Sequence record: SRR22947725_2243
DNA length: 52,192 nucleotides
Reading direction: 5' to 3' (one strand)
The notes under the pieces are model-generated. The model saw only the letters and a program-made list of their open reading frames with translations, had not been told where the DNA came from and did no database searches. Below are positions 49,723-52,192 of the stretch, piece after piece (the stretch's first letter is position 1; the number at the start of each line of letters is the position of its first letter). Position numbers and translations under genes: made by a program.

Positions 49723-51120
49723 TTATTTGATCGGAATCCGATTCTCTTTCTCATCTAATTTCCACGCCTCTTCAATTTGAATACTGTAAGTGGTAAAGTC
49801 TAGGTCTTTTACTAGATCACTTTTTGTCATTCTTTTATTTTTTATTTCGGCCACTTTAACCCTTGTTAAATGACCCACTATAATCACTGTGGAAGAATTT
49901 GAGTCTGACAATCGGAGTTGGTAGCCAAGACCATCGGGTAGCGTTGATTTTCCACGCATTGTTTCGTTCAGTCTAACAAATTCAATAGCGGTATCAGTTT
50001 TCTTGATTATCCTAACTTTACCTAATGTTTTCCCCTTCGAGGTAAACAAATAAGTAGGTTCTGAACTACCCCAAAGTCGGGGGAGATATTCACTGATTAA
50101 GCCCTTTTGAAATTGAGGAATCGCTTGCGTCTGGGCTCTCCCGGAAGAGGTTCGATTTGTTTGAGTGGAATTTTCCGAACCAGCTGCTTTCCGCTTTTTC
50201 TCTGTAATGATTATATCCTCATTTTGCTCAATTTGTTCGGTACGAAGGGGGGAAACTACCGAATCTTCTATTATTGGTTTCGGTGAGGGATCCACTACCT
50301 TTTCTTTTTTTACTGATAATTCCGCACCCAGTTCATTTGTGTGAAGCATGATTGAATGATCTACGCCCAGGTTTTGTATTTTTGATAAGGTTTCGGACTG
50401 AACTCGAGGGGGGGCACTCCTATTAGCAGATGATGGGACTGGTGAAACAACAGAAGTGGAATCTTCCACTGAGTTGAAAGGTGTTGGGTCCGAGTACGCA
50501 AGTACATCGCCAATAGAGAGGGAATTATTTAAATCCCTTTTCATGGCCTCAACTTCAATGGTTGACCGTTGGGTGAGTATTTGGACTACTCCTTCTTGAG
50601 CCTGGTTTTCAAGAGCTAAATTAAGTGCAAGTTCCTCTTCAATATCAATTGCATCTGTCGTTGTCCCTTCAAGTTCGCCCTGTTCGCTGGTACTTTTTTG
50701 CTCGCGATTGAGGGTGATTTCGGCGGTTGATAAATGATCTGAGTCAGTCACGGATAAAATTAGGAATGCACAAGCCGCAATGCCTAAAGGGACCCAAAAA
50801 AGAAAATGGTCTGATTTTTTATCTTTGGGTAGGGAAGACTTTTGCTTTTCTAGCGTTTGAGTTTCCTCTTTTTCTACTAGTCCAAGGATTGTATTTCTCC
50901 GTTTTTGGCTTAATCGAAGTTCTCCTTCTTCTAGGTCAGGTAGAGGTTCCTTCGTGGACTGTTCAACCAATCTAATTGTGTCAGTCAAAACTCTTTCCAT
51001 TTCCTGCAATTGTGGGTTTTCAGAAATGAGCCTTTGAATGAAAAGCTTTTTATCGTTATCAACTTCGCCCAGCAGGTACGAAATAATTTCTTCTTCACTA
51101 ATATCTAAATCATTATTCAT
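49723..51120 (-). CDS. Putative membrane anti-sigma factor with large extracytoplasmic region
   Basis: N-terminal EEIISYLLGE anti-sigma-like helix, one TM (WVPLGIAACAFLIL), ATGA coupling to the ECF sigma gene. Confidence 0.65.
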   Translation of the reverse strand: MNNDLDISEEEIISYLLGEVDNDKKLFIQRLISENPQLQEMERVLTDTIRLVEQSTKEPLPDLEEGELRLSQKRRNTILGLVEKEETQTLEKQKSSLPKDKKSDHFLFWVPLGIAACAFLILSVTDSDHLSTAEITLNREQKSTSEQGELEGTTTDAIDIEEELALNLALENQAQEGVVQILTQRSTIEVEAMKRDLNNSLSIGDVLAYSDPTPFNSVEDSTSVVSPVPSSANRSAPPRVQSETLSKIQNLGVDHSIMLHTNELGAELSVKKEKVVDPSPKPIIEDSVVSPLRTEQIEQNEDIIITEKKRKAAGSENSTQTNRTSSGRAQTQAIPQFQKGLISEYLPRLWGSSEPTYLFTSKGKTLGKVRIIKKTDTAIEFVRLNETMRGKSTLPDGLGYQLRLSDSNSSTVIIVGHLTRVKVAEIKNKRMTKSDLVKDLDFTTYSIQIEEAWKLDEKENRIPIK

Positions 51121-51644
51121 CGGAAAAAATCTTCTGCTTTTAATTCACTACTTAATTCTTTTATGATGTGGTGTAATTTATAACCTACATTACTCACACT
51201 TAATCCGGTAATTTTTGAAATTTCATTATAACTTTTTTGCTGATCGAACTTAAGCGTTATAAGCTCTTTTGATTCTTTGGGTAATAATGAAATGGCATGA
51301 CTTACACGATCGACAGCTTCTTTTTTTTCAAGGTTTTTAACTAAAATACTTTCAGTCGTACGGTTAAATGAATCGAGGAAGTCTAATTGCTCTTCATCAG
51401 TTGTACGCTGTAATCGACCATTTTTTCGAAGAAATGAAATACAAAGATTTCGAAGTGTTTTGTAGAGCCAGGCCTTGGGTTGTAGGATTTTTTCGTCCTG
51501 TTTAAAAAAACGCAGAAAAGTGTCCTGTACTAAATCCTGTGCTTCCTCACGATCGTGAACAATTTGAAATGCATAATTCATTAATGGTTCTTCTAGTTTT
51601 TCAAACCATTCCTTCAATTGACTTTCAGTTTCGTCACATTTCAT
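51117..51644 (-). CDS. ECF (sigma-70 family) RNA polymerase sigma factor
   Basis: EAQDLVQDTFLR, AWLY...RN.C (region 2); LP...ELI.LKF....SY.EIS...G (region 4). Confidence 0.92.
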   Translation of the reverse strand: MKCDETESQLKEWFEKLEEPLMNYAFQIVHDREEAQDLVQDTFLRFFKQDEKILQPKAWLYKTLRNLCISFLRKNGRLQRTTDEEQLDFLDSFNRTTESILVKNLEKKEAVDRVSHAISLLPKESKELITLKFDQQKSYNEISKITGLSVSNVGYKLHHIIKELSSELKAEDFFR

Positions 51645-51757
51645 ATTTTGATTAGAACCTGAAGTATGAAATGAGAAGGAGAAGGTTTAAAATATTTAAT
51701 TTCACTGAGGAAGACGAAAAGAACTACTAATCCTTAGAAAGTTTATCAAATATCGAA

Positions 51758-52192
51758 TTAATTTTCAAATAGTGCCTTCATTCTTTGCAGTCCAATTCGC
51801 AATGTTTCTTTTGGATCGATTTTCCACCATGATTCACTAAATAATTCGAGGCTTACTGTCCCATCATATCCCATTTCTTTCAAAGCAGTAGTTTCTGCTT
51901 TTAGGTCGATTTGGCCATCCCCTGGCATGACACGGTCCGGGTCTGTCTGAGTCCCTGCTGGTTTAACGGGGTCTGCATCATCAATGTGATAGTGACTTAT
52001 CTTGTCTACTGGAATAGATCGTAATTCTGATTCGGTGGATCCGCTATTCCAATTGTGAAATGCATCGATGATCAAGGTGGCGTCTTCATCATCAGTGACT
52101 TGAACGATTTCCCATGCTTTGCTTAAAGTATGCACCGATTGAAAGAAGCTAATATATTCAAAGGTAGGCCGAATTCCTTCCTCTCGGCCAAT
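51758..52192 (-). CDS. Sugar phosphate isomerase/epimerase (xylose isomerase-like TIM barrel), 5' end outside window
   Basis: Frame is open to the window edge (IGREEGIRPTFEYI...); DAFH, HYHIDD, RVMPGDG.ID, GYDG.VSLELF. Confidence 0.85.
   Translation of the reverse strand: MGREEGIRPTFEYISFFQSVHTLSKAWEIVQVTDDEDATLIIDAFHNWNSGSTESELRSIPVDKISHYHIDDADPVKPAGTQTDPDRVMPGDGQIDLKAETTALKEMGYDGTVSLELFSESWWKIDPKETLRIGLQRMKALFEN

Noticed and set aside
1-52192. CRISPR arrays, tRNA/rRNA genes, transposases, prophage genes
   Set aside because: None recognised by eye; intergenic gaps are short and show no spaced direct repeats. A covariance-model scan was not possible

Overview
Gene-dense, AT-leaning bacterial chromosomal segment. 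The gene set and protein styles suggest a marine Verrucomicrobiota (Opitutales-like) genome; this is an inference. In order it holds: a thiamine operon without thiC (thiS, two thiE-like genes, thiG, thiH, thiF/moeB-rhodanese, thiD), ruvA/dapB/dapA, lepA-lepB, malQ, an ABC exporter, a small zone of decayed genes (MerC-family pseudogene and truncated sulfatase remnant), djlA, a TolC/MFP/ABC export cluster, a complete alternative complex III operon (actABCDEF), an FAD oxidoreductase, rsmI, ppx, a pullulanase-type GH13, mnmA, an orphan flagellin-like gene, sucA-sucB-lpdA, an ECF sigma/anti-sigma pair and a partial sugar isomerase. The most unusual element is the module that continues the ACIII operon. 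It has a cbb3 CcoN homolog lacking both low-spin heme ligands, one CuB ligand and the cross-link Tyr, a CcoO-cytochrome c fusion whose axial Met position holds Cys, and an extra cytochrome c, with no ccoP and no intact oxidase in the window. No rRNA, tRNA, CRISPR or transposase was recognised. All homology calls rest on motif recognition by eye, not on database searches.
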